From an uncultured Nitrososphaerota archaeon (lineage in GTDB: Archaea > Thermoproteota > Methanomethylicia > Nezhaarchaeales > B40-G2): a stretch of DNA of 64,000 bases. The translations under genes were made by a program, and so were the position numbers. Positions 37,357-46,287 of this stretch are shown here, piece after piece. The DNA lies in assembly GCA_964626365.1 (NCBI GenBank), contig CAZVDL010000006.1, forward strand, positions 144 to 64,143, given 5' to 3'. Numbering within the stretch: the stretch's first letter is position 1; each line of letters begins with the position of its first letter. Under the pieces are notes generated by a model, which had not been told where the DNA came from, ran no database searches, and saw only the letters and a list, made by a program, of their open reading frames with translations.

Positions 37357-38787
37357 TCAACTTAACACAATCTCAGCCGCCGACTCGGCGGCCGCTATCA
37401 AGGGTTCAGGGTAAAGACCTAGCACTAGGCACGCAGCCGCCAAGGCTATCATGGGGGCTAGCATGGTTAAGGGAGGCCTCACCCTACCCATCCTCCTACG
37501 CGTCAACATGACGCGGTTTATGAAGCGTAACCAGGCAGCTGAGAACACCGCCATCATGACGGCTGCGGCCACAGTAGGAGCTAGGAGTCCAGCCTTCACA
37601 CCCTCCATGTAGATTAGGAGCTCACCCACGAAGATGTTGAGCCCCGGTATCCCAATTATGGAGAGCGAGGCTATTAGGCCGGCTGCGCTGGCCTCGGGCA
37701 TAAACCATAGCATGTCGCCCAGTGCTCTCATGTCCCTTACGCCCAGCTCGTGAACTATGCATCCAGCGTAGAGGAAGAGCAGGCTCTTAACAAGCTCGTG
37801 GTTCAGCACGTGAACCATAGCCGCCACGGCTCCGCCCTTAGTGAAGAGCCCGAGCGCGAAGACGGCAAGCCCCATCTCGTTTATACTGGAGTAAGCCATG
37901 AAGCGCTTGATATCGAACTGGGAGAAGGAGAGCATCGCCGCGTAGCTGAGCATTAATAGGCCGCAGCCCCATAGAAGCCACGCGGCCGGCTTAATGGCTT
38001 CAAGGTCCCAGCAGCCGTAGATAACCCTGAGGAAGCCGTAGGCGGCTACCTCTATCATTAGCCCTGATAGCATGGCGCTTATTGGTGTAGGTGCTTCTGA
38101 GTGGGCATCTGGCAGCCATACATGGAGGAGGGGGGCGACCCCCATCTTAATCAATAGGCCTATGGATATGGCGGCGGCCGCGAACACCTCTAGAGGCTCG
38201 GTGAGCCTAAGCCCCTTAACCTCGAGGAGGTTGAAGGTCCCCTTCAACGAGTATAGGGCTAAGAAGCCGAAGAGGAGGGCTGTGGAGGCTACATGCGATA
38301 TCAGGAGGTAGAGCAGCGAAGCTCTACTCGCGTCCCTCCTCTCGCCGTAAAGGTAGATCAGGGCGTAGGAGGACCATACCATGAGCTCCCAGAAGAGGTA
38401 GAATGACACCATGTCCATGGATGCTAGGCAGCCTAGAATTCCCGAGGCAAAGAGCAGCGTTAATCCAGCGTAGACCTGCACGCGTTCAGCCACGTAGCCC
38501 AAGCTATAGATTAGGCAGGCCAAGCTTATCAAGGAGGCTAGGACCAGGAAGGCCGAGTTAAGTGGATCCACGGCTAGGTAGAAGCTGAAGCTCACCTTGC
38601 CGCCTAGGCCCCACGTAACCCTAAGCCCACCCTCCCTCATCGCCGAGGCCAGCGCAGCCGCCGAGGAAGCCGCCATCACCGCTAAGGATGAGAGCCAAGC
38701 TAGCCGTCTATCGATCCTATGTGAGGCTGAGGCTAGCAACGCCCCAACCACAAGTGGCGGCAGCACGATGAAAGCTACGTTAGCCAC
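37357..38787 (-). CDS. Proton-translocating antiporter-like subunit, NuoM/MrpD-type
   Basis: FWELM, IKMGVAPLLHVWLPDAH, DIKRFMAYSSI, TM12 FVGE. Confidence 0.9.
   Translation of the reverse strand: MANVAFIVLPPLVVGALLASASHRIDRRLAWLSSLAVMAASSAAALASAMREGGLRVTWGLGGKVSFSFYLAVDPLNSAFLVLASLISLACLIYSLGYVAERVQVYAGLTLLFASGILGCLASMDMVSFYLFWELMVWSSYALIYLYGERRDASRASLLYLLISHVASTALLFGFLALYSLKGTFNLLEVKGLRLTEPLEVFAAAAISIGLLIKMGVAPLLHVWLPDAHSEAPTPISAMLSGLMIEVAAYGFLRVIYGCWDLEAIKPAAWLLWGCGLLMLSYAAMLSFSQFDIKRFMAYSSINEMGLAVFALGLFTKGGAVAAMVHVLNHELVKSLLFLYAGCIVHELGVRDMRALGDMLWFMPEASAAGLIASLSIIGIPGLNIFVGELLIYMEGVKAGLLAPTVAAAVMMAVFSAAWLRFINRVMLTRRRMGRVRPPLTMLAPMIALAAACLVLGLYPEPLIAAAESAAEIVLS
38056..38127. repeat. 72-bp exact direct repeat, copy 1
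   Basis: Identical to 39998-40069. Confidence 0.95.
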
Positions 38788-40684
38788 CTTTAACGCGCCT
38801 CCAGCTGGCTATTGAAGCTAGGGCCAGCGCTAAGACGACTAGGAGGGCTAGCCTAAACGAGCCTAACGAGGCTGCTAGCCAAGCTAAGCAGAGAGCCAGC
38901 AGCGCTAAGCCAGCGTTCAAGGCCCATCTGACCGCCCGCGAGGGGTGCATCGACCTAAGCCTGGCGGCCATAGGCAGGAACTTAGCCTTAGAGAAGAAGA
39001 GCTTTTCGTGTAGCCTGGCGACCCTCTTAGCCATGGACATGGCCGAGTCGGGGAGGCCCTCTAAGAAGCTGGTCCTTAACTTCCCTTCAACCGTCTCAAG
39101 TAGGGCCCTCGAGGACCTAAGGAAGATCTTCGCCAGCCTCGAATATGCGTGGTCAATCCCAAGCCCTGAGCTGAGTAAGGAGCTAAGCCTACCCAGGTAC
39201 ACGCCGTAGCTGATCCTCCAATACGCGAACCACAGCGCCAACCCAGCCAACAGCGCTAACATGGAGGCCGCCAAGAGGCTTGCATTCACGTGTAGCTCCA
39301 AGTGCTCCTTCAAGCCCAGCGCAACGAGGTCCCTAGCTGGGGTTAGGAGCATTACGCCTAGGGGCAGCCCCAAGGCGCAGGCCACGCCTAGTGCAACGGA
39401 GGGGGGTATCATGGAGCGGGCGGGGTGCTCCTTTAAAGGCCTATACGAGGAGCCGTAGACGAAGCATATGAGCCTGGCCACGTAGGCCATGGTTAACGCC
39501 GAGCCCAGCAGCATTAAGATAGCTAGCCGCAGGTATCCTTCCTCGAGCGCGGCCTCCACTATGAACTCCTTGGTGAAGAAGCCGTTCAGGGGAGGTATGG
39601 CTGCCAGCGAGAGAGCCCCTATGGTGAAGAGAGCCCCAAACACCTTAAGCTCCCCTCCAATCCCCCTAAGCACCCTTAAGTCTCTCGACCCAGCTGCGTG
39701 AGCTAGTGTGCCAGCGGTTAGGAAGAGCAGGGACTTGAATAGGCCGTGGCTAATGGCGTGGAGCGCGGCCGCTAAGAGGCCTAGGGCCGAGGCCAGGCCC
39801 ATAGACGCGACCATGTAGCCCAGCTGGCTGATGGAGGAAAACGCCAGCACTCTCTTAATGTCGAGCTCCATTAAGGCGGCCGCTGACCCATATATCAAGG
39901 TCAAGGCTCCACCTATCAATAGCGGCGTACATAGATGCTCGGCTACGTGGTGGCTAAGGCCTAGCACCCTCACCATGACGTAGATCCCTACGTGTACCAT
40001 TAGCCCTGATAGCATGGCGCTTATTGGTGTAGGTGCTTCTGAGTGGGCATCTGGCAGCCATACATGGAGAGGGAAGACCGCCACCTTGAAGGCTAACCCA
40101 GCTATCATTAACACGCATGCCAGCTCAAATCCACGCCCCACTTCCCCAACAGCTAAGCTAGCCAGCTCGAGTAGGTCGAAGGTGCCCGTGGACATGTAGA
40201 AGGTGACTATCGAGACCACCATCAACGCTCCTCCTAGGTGGGTGAAGATGAAGTACTTGGTGGCCACCGCTAAAGCCCTACCCTTAGGGCACTCGGCCCA
40301 GTGCTCGATGAGGAGGTAGGAGGGGAGCAGCATGAACTCCCAGAATACATAGAACAACACTAGGTTCCTAGACACCACCGACCCGGCCATGCCGAGGGAG
40401 AATAAGCATAGTAGGCCGAAGAAGCGGGCCCTATCGAGCTCGACGTACCTATGAGAGTAGACGCATACTAAGAGGGACACCGACAGGATTAGGAGGAGAA
40501 AAGCTGTGGAGAGAGCATCGTTAAAGAATGGGAGCCCTACGGGGTCGGGGATGAAGGAGGAGGCCAGGGCGAGGGCTAAGCCAAGGGAGGCGACCCAACT
40601 AGCCCACCTATCGAGCCTATCGCCAGTCACCACCAGGAACGTGCCGGCGAGGCACATAGATAGGAGCGGGTATAGCGAGGACAA
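38780..40684 (-). CDS. Proton-translocating antiporter-like subunit, NuoL/MrpA-type
   Basis: FWEFM, FKVAVFPLHVWLPDAH, TM8 His (LMVH), DIKRVLAFSSISQLGYM, GFFTKE, C-terminal GIDHAY lateral-helix-like extension. Confidence 0.9.
   Translation of the reverse strand: MSSLYPLLSMCLAGTFLVVTGDRLDRWASWVASLGLALALASSFIPDPVGLPFFNDALSTAFLLLILSVSLLVCVYSHRYVELDRARFFGLLCLFSLGMAGSVVSRNLVLFYVFWEFMLLPSYLLIEHWAECPKGRALAVATKYFIFTHLGGALMVVSIVTFYMSTGTFDLLELASLAVGEVGRGFELACVLMIAGLAFKVAVFPLHVWLPDAHSEAPTPISAMLSGLMVHVGIYVMVRVLGLSHHVAEHLCTPLLIGGALTLIYGSAAALMELDIKRVLAFSSISQLGYMVASMGLASALGLLAAALHAISHGLFKSLLFLTAGTLAHAAGSRDLRVLRGIGGELKVFGALFTIGALSLAAIPPLNGFFTKEFIVEAALEEGYLRLAILMLLGSALTMAYVARLICFVYGSSYRPLKEHPARSMIPPSVALGVACALGLPLGVMLLTPARDLVALGLKEHLELHVNASLLAASMLALLAGLALWFAYWRISYGVYLGRLSSLLSSGLGIDHAYSRLAKIFLRSSRALLETVEGKLRTSFLEGLPDSAMSMAKRVARLHEKLFFSKAKFLPMAARLRSMHPSRAVRWALNAGLALLALCLAWLAASLGSFRLALLVVLALALASIASWRRVKGG
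39998..40069. repeat. 72-bp exact direct repeat, copy 2
   Basis: Identical to 38056-38127. Confidence 0.95.
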
Positions 40685-40688
40685 GCTC

Positions 40689-42146
40689 TCACCCCTTCAT
40701 CCAGGCCTCATTTAGGCAGGCTAGGGCTGCCTTGTAGGCCCCCTCCATGAACATCGACGGGGCTAAGCCCACCAAGAGGCAGCTAGCTATCAACACGGCT
40801 ATGAGGAGCTTCAACCCAAGCCCAGGCTCCCTAACCTTCAACCCCTCTCCAGCGTACCTATCATACATGGCGTGCACGGCCTTCATCAACACCGCCAGCA
40901 TCAGTAGGTCTAAGACTACGAAAGCGCAGGCAGCCCAAAGCAACCCGCTCTCGACGAGCGAGAGGAACACGAGAAACTTGCTATGAAAGCCGTTGAGAGG
41001 GGGCATGGCGCAGGTGCTGAGCGAGGCTATTAAGAAGCCCGTGGAGCCTAGCAGCATGCTCCTCGAGGCACCCCTCAACGTGTACACGGTCCTCCTATCA
41101 GAAGCTGAGATGAAGTAGGCGATGCTGGAGAAGAACAGGCACTTAATGAGCACTAAGTTGAGCACGTGGAAGAAGACTCCTTGAAGCGCCGTGGTACTCG
41201 CGACCCCCCACGCCATCATCAAGACGCCGCCCTCGCCGACGGAGCTACACGTCACGAGCCTCTTCAGGTCGTCCTGGCCTAAGGCTAAGAGACAGCCCAC
41301 AGCTATGTTGACCAGGGCGGCGTACAACATGAAGCTCTTTAAGGCGGGTAGCAGCGGCCTATAGACCGTGAAGAGCATCCTCGTGGCTCCGTAGAACCCT
41401 ACGACCCTAACCGCCGAGGCCATGAAGGCGCTCGATGGGCTAGGAGCCCAGGGGTTAATTCCAGGAAACCACGCGTGAGCCGGAAAGATAGCGAGCTTAA
41501 CCCAGAAGCCAGAGATTACCAGCGCCAAGGAGGCCCAGAGAGCCTCCGTAGAGGCCCTGGCTACGACTTCAGGTATCCCAGTGGCCCCCGACGATGTATA
41601 TAAGATCAGGAAGCCAGAGGCAACGAACACCATCGAGACGACGTCGCTGACCAGATACAGCGTCAAGCTGTCGTTAGGCCCCGTGTCCACGCCAACCTCC
41701 TCGCTCGGCCTAGGAGCCATGAAGTAGTAGGACGATAGGTTCATCAACGCGTAGAAAGCAAAGAAGCTAAGCAGATCTCCTGAATAGACCACGCCCACTA
41801 TGCCTAGGAGCGAGGCAACCATGGAGACGTAGTACGCTGGATCGTCAACCCTATCCAGGTAGACCATGGCTAGCAGCAAGGAGGCGGCAGCGGCCATAGT
41901 GAACTTCTCTAGTAGTAAGGCTCCGTAGGCGTCTAGAAACAGCAAGGCAGGGGTCCTCGATAATATGGCCGGAGAGTCTTCGACTAGGGGGGCCACCGCG
42001 AAGGAGGCTACAAGGCAGGCGATGGAGCCGATGACTGCTGCGAGCCTAGCTGGCTTAACGCCCGCCTTAGCCGCAGCAGCCGTGGACGCGGCGGTAATCG
42101 ACGCTATCAACAGGGGGGCCGCTATCAAAGCTCCTTTAGCCTCCAC
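40689..42146 (-). CDS. Antiporter-like subunit, NuoN/MrpD-type, divergent
   Basis: VKLAIFPAHAWFP, QDDLKRL, PPLNGFHSKF; TM5 Glu absent (FYALM). Confidence 0.85.
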   Translation of the reverse strand: MEAKGALIAAPLLIASITAASTAAAAKAGVKPARLAAVIGSIACLVASFAVAPLVEDSPAILSRTPALLFLDAYGALLLEKFTMAAAASLLLAMVYLDRVDDPAYYVSMVASLLGIVGVVYSGDLLSFFAFYALMNLSSYYFMAPRPSEEVGVDTGPNDSLTLYLVSDVVSMVFVASGFLILYTSSGATGIPEVVARASTEALWASLALVISGFWVKLAIFPAHAWFPGINPWAPSPSSAFMASAVRVVGFYGATRMLFTVYRPLLPALKSFMLYAALVNIAVGCLLALGQDDLKRLVTCSSVGEGGVLMMAWGVASTTALQGVFFHVLNLVLIKCLFFSSIAYFISASDRRTVYTLRGASRSMLLGSTGFLIASLSTCAMPPLNGFHSKFLVFLSLVESGLLWAACAFVVLDLLMLAVLMKAVHAMYDRYAGEGLKVREPGLGLKLLIAVLIASCLLVGLAPSMFMEGAYKAALACLNEAWMKG

Positions 42147-42797
42147 TTAGAGGCCGGGGACGTGTAGCCTGTGCCTTCTTCTTAACAACACTAGGGCGTC
42201 GCCAGCTTCAAGCCTCGTCGCCTCATTAGGTAGCAAGGGCCCCTGCTTGGTTAGGATGAGCAGCGGGTAGGCGTCTTTATCCCTCTCGTGAATCTTGGTG
42301 GGGTTGAAGCCCTCCAGCCACGAGCCCTTAGCCACCACTACCTCCTCCACCTCCACATCCCTCCTGGCTATCTCCAGTATCTCGAACAGACTTATCCTCC
42401 TGACCATGGCGTAGAGCCTAGCCACTGACGACTCCACGTGGTTAACCAGCTCAGTGAGGCCGAGCGATCTACAGACCTCCATGTATGATGGATGCTTCAC
42501 CCTAACGAGCACTCTTTTGGCCCCTAGGTTCTTGGCTAGCAGCGAGGCGATGAGATTTACCGAGTCGCTGCCTGTCAAGGCGGCGAAGACATCGGCCTTC
42601 TTGACGCCGGCCTCAATTAACACGTGGGGGTCAGTGGCGCTCCCAGTAACCAAGTTCACGTCGGCTTCAAGCAGCCTTGCAAGCCTCTCTGTGACGTCTG
42701 GGTTTACGTCTATGGCTGACACCTTGTAGCCGTGAAGCAGCATCCTCCTAACTGTGGCCTCACCTACTCCTCCTAGCCCAGCAACGACGATGAACAA
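42147..42797 (-). CDS. trkA: TrkA/KtrA-type RCK protein
   Basis: AGLGGVG, GSATD, ALTGSDSVN; RCK_C LEAGD. Confidence 0.9.
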   Translation of the reverse strand: MFIVVAGLGGVGEATVRRMLLHGYKVSAIDVNPDVTERLARLLEADVNLVTGSATDPHVLIEAGVKKADVFAALTGSDSVNLIASLLAKNLGAKRVLVRVKHPSYMEVCRSLGLTELVNHVESSVARLYAMVRRISLFEILEIARRDVEVEEVVVAKGSWLEGFNPTKIHERDKDAYPLLILTKQGPLLPNEATRLEAGDALVLLRRRHRLHVPGL

Positions 42798-43432
42798 ACC
42801 ACCGCGCCCTCCTTATGCTTTATTAACACCAAGATGTCGCCAGGTTCAAGGGTCAAGTTGGGGTCGGGGAGCTTTACTCCCCCATCCCTAGATATGACGA
42901 AGGCTAGGTAGCACCCTTTAGGTAACTTGCTCTGAGCGTTCTTAACCTTGGTCCACGCCAGCTCAGAGCCTTCTTTAACCTCGAGGTGCTCGACGTCGAC
43001 GTAGCGCTCGCCTAAGGTGATGATGTCGGCCAGCTTAAAGCCATGGATGGCCGCATCGATCCTTATGGCCGTGGCCTCCGCTGGGTTACATATCTCGTTT
43101 AGGCCCACCATTCTACAGGCCTCTACGTACATGGGGTTCTCCACCCTAACTACGACCCTCTTAGCTCCCTGGTGTTTAGCTAGTATCGCGGACACTAGGT
43201 TTATGTCGTCGCTGCCCGTCAAGGCCAGGAACACGTCGGCCTCAGACACCCCGATCTGGGACATTAAGTGGGGGTCCGTGACATCTCCCTTAATCACCTC
43301 GACCCCGAGCCTGCTTATCCTAGCGCAGGCCTCCTCGTTGTTGTCTAAGACCAGCACTTGGTCCCCTCGCTCCTTTAAGTAGCGGGCAAGGGCTTCACCT
43401 ATGTCGCCGCCGCCAGCTATAATCACCTTCAC
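42773..43432 (-). CDS. trkA: TrkA/KtrA-type RCK protein
   Basis: IIAGGGDIG, GDVTD, ALTGSDDIN; RCK_C LEPGD. Confidence 0.92.
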   Translation of the reverse strand: MKVIIAGGGDIGEALARYLKERGDQVLVLDNNEEACARISRLGVEVIKGDVTDPHLMSQIGVSEADVFLALTGSDDINLVSAILAKHQGAKRVVVRVENPMYVEACRMVGLNEICNPAEATAIRIDAAIHGFKLADIITLGERYVDVEHLEVKEGSELAWTKVKNAQSKLPKGCYLAFVISRDGGVKLPDPNLTLEPGDILVLIKHKEGAVVCSSSLLG

Positions 43433-43527
43433 TTCCTAGCCCCGTCGACCTGTAGCCTATCGGGCGTAAAAGGCTAGCGGCGCAAAGGTAATATGTGGCG
43501 TGGCCCTCCTAAGCCTATCGACGTAGG

Positions 43528-44166
43528 TTGCTTGTGATCATAGCTGGCGGCGGCGGAGTCGGCAAGGCCCTCGCAAGGAGGCTTATCGATAGGGGGGAGG
43601 ACGTAGTAATCATAGATAAGGACCCTGCCGTGTGCGCTAGGCTGAGGGAGGAGCTAGGGGTTAAGGTGGTTGAGGGCGACGCTACCAACATGGAGGTTTT
43701 AAAGTCAGCTGGCGTAGATAGGTGCGACGTCCTATTGGCGTTGACGGGTCAGGGAAACGTGAACGTCATGGTGGCCCTAGCAGCGACCGCCTGTGGCTGC
43801 CGATCCGGCAGGATAATCGTGAGGATAGACGACGAGCGCTACGTGGAGGTCTGCCACATGTTGGGGATTAAGGAGGTAGTGAACCCCTCCAAGTCCGCGG
43901 CCATAGTAATCTCGGAGATGGTGAGGGGGGTCAAGCTGACGACCCTCGCTGAGATGTACTATAGAGGGTACGTGGACGTCGAGAGCGTCAAGGTGGACGT
44001 CGAGGGCCACCTCAACGACCTGCTCTCCAAGCTCCTCGACAAGGTGGGAGGAGGTTGCCATCCAATCCTGGTGCTAAGGCAGGGAAAGCCTCTGCTACCC
44101 AACCATGGCCTCAAGCTTAGGCCGGGTGACGAGGTAGTCTTCATTAAGAGGAGGGAGGCGCCCTGA
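43528..44166 (+). CDS. trkA: TrkA/KtrA-type RCK protein
   Basis: IIAGGGGVG, IIDKD, GDAT; RCK_C LRPGD. Confidence 0.92.
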   Translation: MLVIIAGGGGVGKALARRLIDRGEDVVIIDKDPAVCARLREELGVKVVEGDATNMEVLKSAGVDRCDVLLALTGQGNVNVMVALAATACGCRSGRIIVRIDDERYVEVCHMLGIKEVVNPSKSAAIVISEMVRGVKLTTLAEMYYRGYVDVESVKVDVEGHLNDLLSKLLDKVGGGCHPILVLRQGKPLLPNHGLKLRPGDEVVFIKRREAP

Positions 44167-44789
44167 GGGCTGTTATCGCCGGCGGAGGCAACCTAGGCGA
44201 GGCGGTGGCCAAGATCCTTAAGTCGCAGAGGGTACACGTAACCGTGGTGGACAAAAGCAAGGATGTATGTGAACGCCTAGCTAAGAGGCTCGACGTCGAC
44301 GTCGTTAGGGGAGACGCCACCGACCCGTTGACGCTCGAGGAGGCCAGGATCGAGGAAGCTAAGGTCTTCCTCGCTCTGACCGGCGACGACTCAGTCAACA
44401 CCATCTCGTCGCTGATGGCTAGGCGTTACGGCGTAGAGAAGATTATCGCCAGGATAGAGGACCTCAATTACGCCAACGTGTGTAGGGCCAACAACATAGA
44501 GGTGGTAAGTTTCGCTGAGTCCGCCTCCCTGGTGCTTGAGGCGCTGATCTACCATAACAGGCTGGTCGAACTAACCTCCCTCATAGAGGAGGAGGGGCTG
44601 GACATAGAGTACGTGGACTATAGAAAGGGTTCAGGTCTACCCAGGTTTAAGCGGAACGAGGCCTACCCCATAATGGTGGTTAGGGGCAGCGAGGTCTTGC
44701 TGCCCAGCCCTGAGCTAAGCTTGGAGGACGGCGATAAGGTATTCGTTATTAGAAGGCGGCGCAAGCTGTTCCATGTGCCTGAGCTATAG
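44163..44789 (+). CDS. trkA: TrkA/KtrA-type RCK protein, probable CTG start
   Basis: The GxGxxG loop (RAVIAGGGNLG) lies upstream of the called GTG; CTG 44163 overlaps the previous TGA and follows GGAGG. Confidence 0.88.
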   Translation: MRAVIAGGGNLGEAVAKILKSQRVHVTVVDKSKDVCERLAKRLDVDVVRGDATDPLTLEEARIEEAKVFLALTGDDSVNTISSLMARRYGVEKIIARIEDLNYANVCRANNIEVVSFAESASLVLEALIYHNRLVELTSLIEEEGLDIEYVDYRKGSGLPRFKRNEAYPIMVVRGSEVLLPSPELSLEDGDKVFVIRRRRKLFHVPEL

Positions 44790-46268
44790 CACTATGCCTG
44801 TCGAGAAGTATAGGGCCGCCCCGACCAGGATCACCACCAGCCACAATAAGATGTCTAACAGCCTTCTACGCCTAGTGAGCCCTGGCCTCCTTAACTCCTG
44901 CGATGGGTAGATGGTTATGCCCATCCTCCTAGCTAGGGCGAAGGAGGTCATAGAGGCTATGATCATGGGGGCGAAGAGGCTGAAGTTGCTGCACGTTTCA
45001 CATAGCAGCAATATAGTGGCCATCGGTACCCTGCCGGCCGCTGCGTATAGAGCGGCCATACCAGCCACTATGTAGGCTACGTGGGCTCCTCGGCTTAACA
45101 TGTAGCCTGGGAAGAGCAGGTCTAGGGCGAGGGCGTAGGCGCCCCCAATCATGGCTCCACAGAACAGTGAGGGCACTATCACGCCGCCGGCCCCAGCGCT
45201 ACCTATAGAGAATGTGCTGGCCAGGATCTTGCCTAGGTAGAGAGCTAAGAACACGCCTATTAAGAGGTGCCCAAACTCCTCAAAGAGCCCCGTGAAATCT
45301 ATGGCCTCCTGGATCACCCAGTACCCCATCCCCCATAAGTAGTATTCGCCCAGCAGCAGCAACCCGGCTACCACCACTAGGCCGTCGAGGAAGCCTCCAA
45401 GCGCGGGCCTTAAGGGCCGGGGGATCTTCGAGGACTTGATCGATGTATGGAACATGTAGAACACCTTGACCCAGAGAGCCGCCGCTAAGGCGGCCACTAA
45501 GCCCAACGCCACCATAGACACCGCGTGAAAGAGGCTAAAGAGCAAGTCCTCGTTGAAGATTAACATGTCGTGAAACTTGGGGAAGCTTATGAGCGGCTCG
45601 GCACCTAGGGTCATGCTGAATATGAAGAAGCCTAGCAGCGAGGCGACTATGGCTGAGGGTAGGGCCTCGATCTCAACGTCCTCGGAGTATAGAACCTCGC
45701 TGGCGAACACTCCTCCCCCTAGCGGCGCGCTGAACACTCCTCCTAAGGCCCCTGAGGCGCCGCATATAGCTACTATTTTAGCGTCCTTGCGAGTGAACCT
45801 TAACAGCCTCGAGAGCTTAGTCCTGTTTATCAGGGCGTTGACGGCTGAGGCTAGGGCACTCCCTGAGTACGCCATGGGGCATTCTCTGCCAGCGCTACCA
45901 CCCGTCCCAATCGTTAATGAGGCTGTGAGTATCTTCAAGGCCCCCTTCCTGGGCTCGGTGAAGCCGTGGTGTAGGTGCACGAGCTCTATCATGCCGTCGG
46001 TGGCGCAAGGTACGTGGAAGGCGTCGCGATCTAGAGCATAGTTCAGCGCTCCTACTATGAGGCCCCCTAGTAGCGGTATGATGGGTACGAGCACGAACAG
46101 CCCGTTCTCCGCTAACAGCAGCACGAGGTCCCAGAAGAGGTCGACGAAGAACTCCAAGGTTAAGGTGAAGGCCACTCCAGCTACGCCGCCTACCGTACCC
46201 GAGAAGGCCCCGAAGAGGAGCCACTTAAAGGCCCTCGTATGTAGGACCTTGACCGGGAGGGCCGTCCT
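44784..46268 (-). CDS. CLC-family chloride channel/transporter without CBS domains; start uncertain
   Basis: GTGGSAGRECP, GVFSAPLGG, GMGY, GGVIVPS, TIYPSQ; frame open to 46268 and encodes the first TM helix. Confidence 0.9.
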   Translation of the reverse strand, partial: RTALPVKVLHTRAFKWLLFGAFSGTVGGVAGVAFTLTLEFFVDLFWDLVLLLAENGLFVLVPIIPLLGGLIVGALNYALDRDAFHVPCATDGMIELVHLHHGFTEPRKGALKILTASLTIGTGGSAGRECPMAYSGSALASAVNALINRTKLSRLLRFTRKDAKIVAICGASGALGGVFSAPLGGGVFASEVLYSEDVEIEALPSAIVASLLGFFIFSMTLGAEPLISFPKFHDMLIFNEDLLFSLFHAVSMVALGLVAALAAALWVKVFYMFHTSIKSSKIPRPLRPALGGFLDGLVVVAGLLLLGEYYLWGMGYWVIQEAIDFTGLFEEFGHLLIGVFLALYLGKILASTFSIGSAGAGGVIVPSLFCGAMIGGAYALALDLLFPGYMLSRGAHVAYIVAGMAALYAAAGRVPMATILLLCETCSNFSLFAPMIIASMTSFALARRMGITIYPSQELRRPGLTRRRRLLDILLWLVVILVGAALYFSTGIVL

Positions 46269-46287
46269 CTAACCCACCTCCACAGGT

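Noticed and set aside
37357-42146. A complete Mrp antiporter or energy-converting hydrogenase operon
   Set aside because: No small Mrp subunits or NiFe/Fe-S subunits are present, and there is no intergenic room for them
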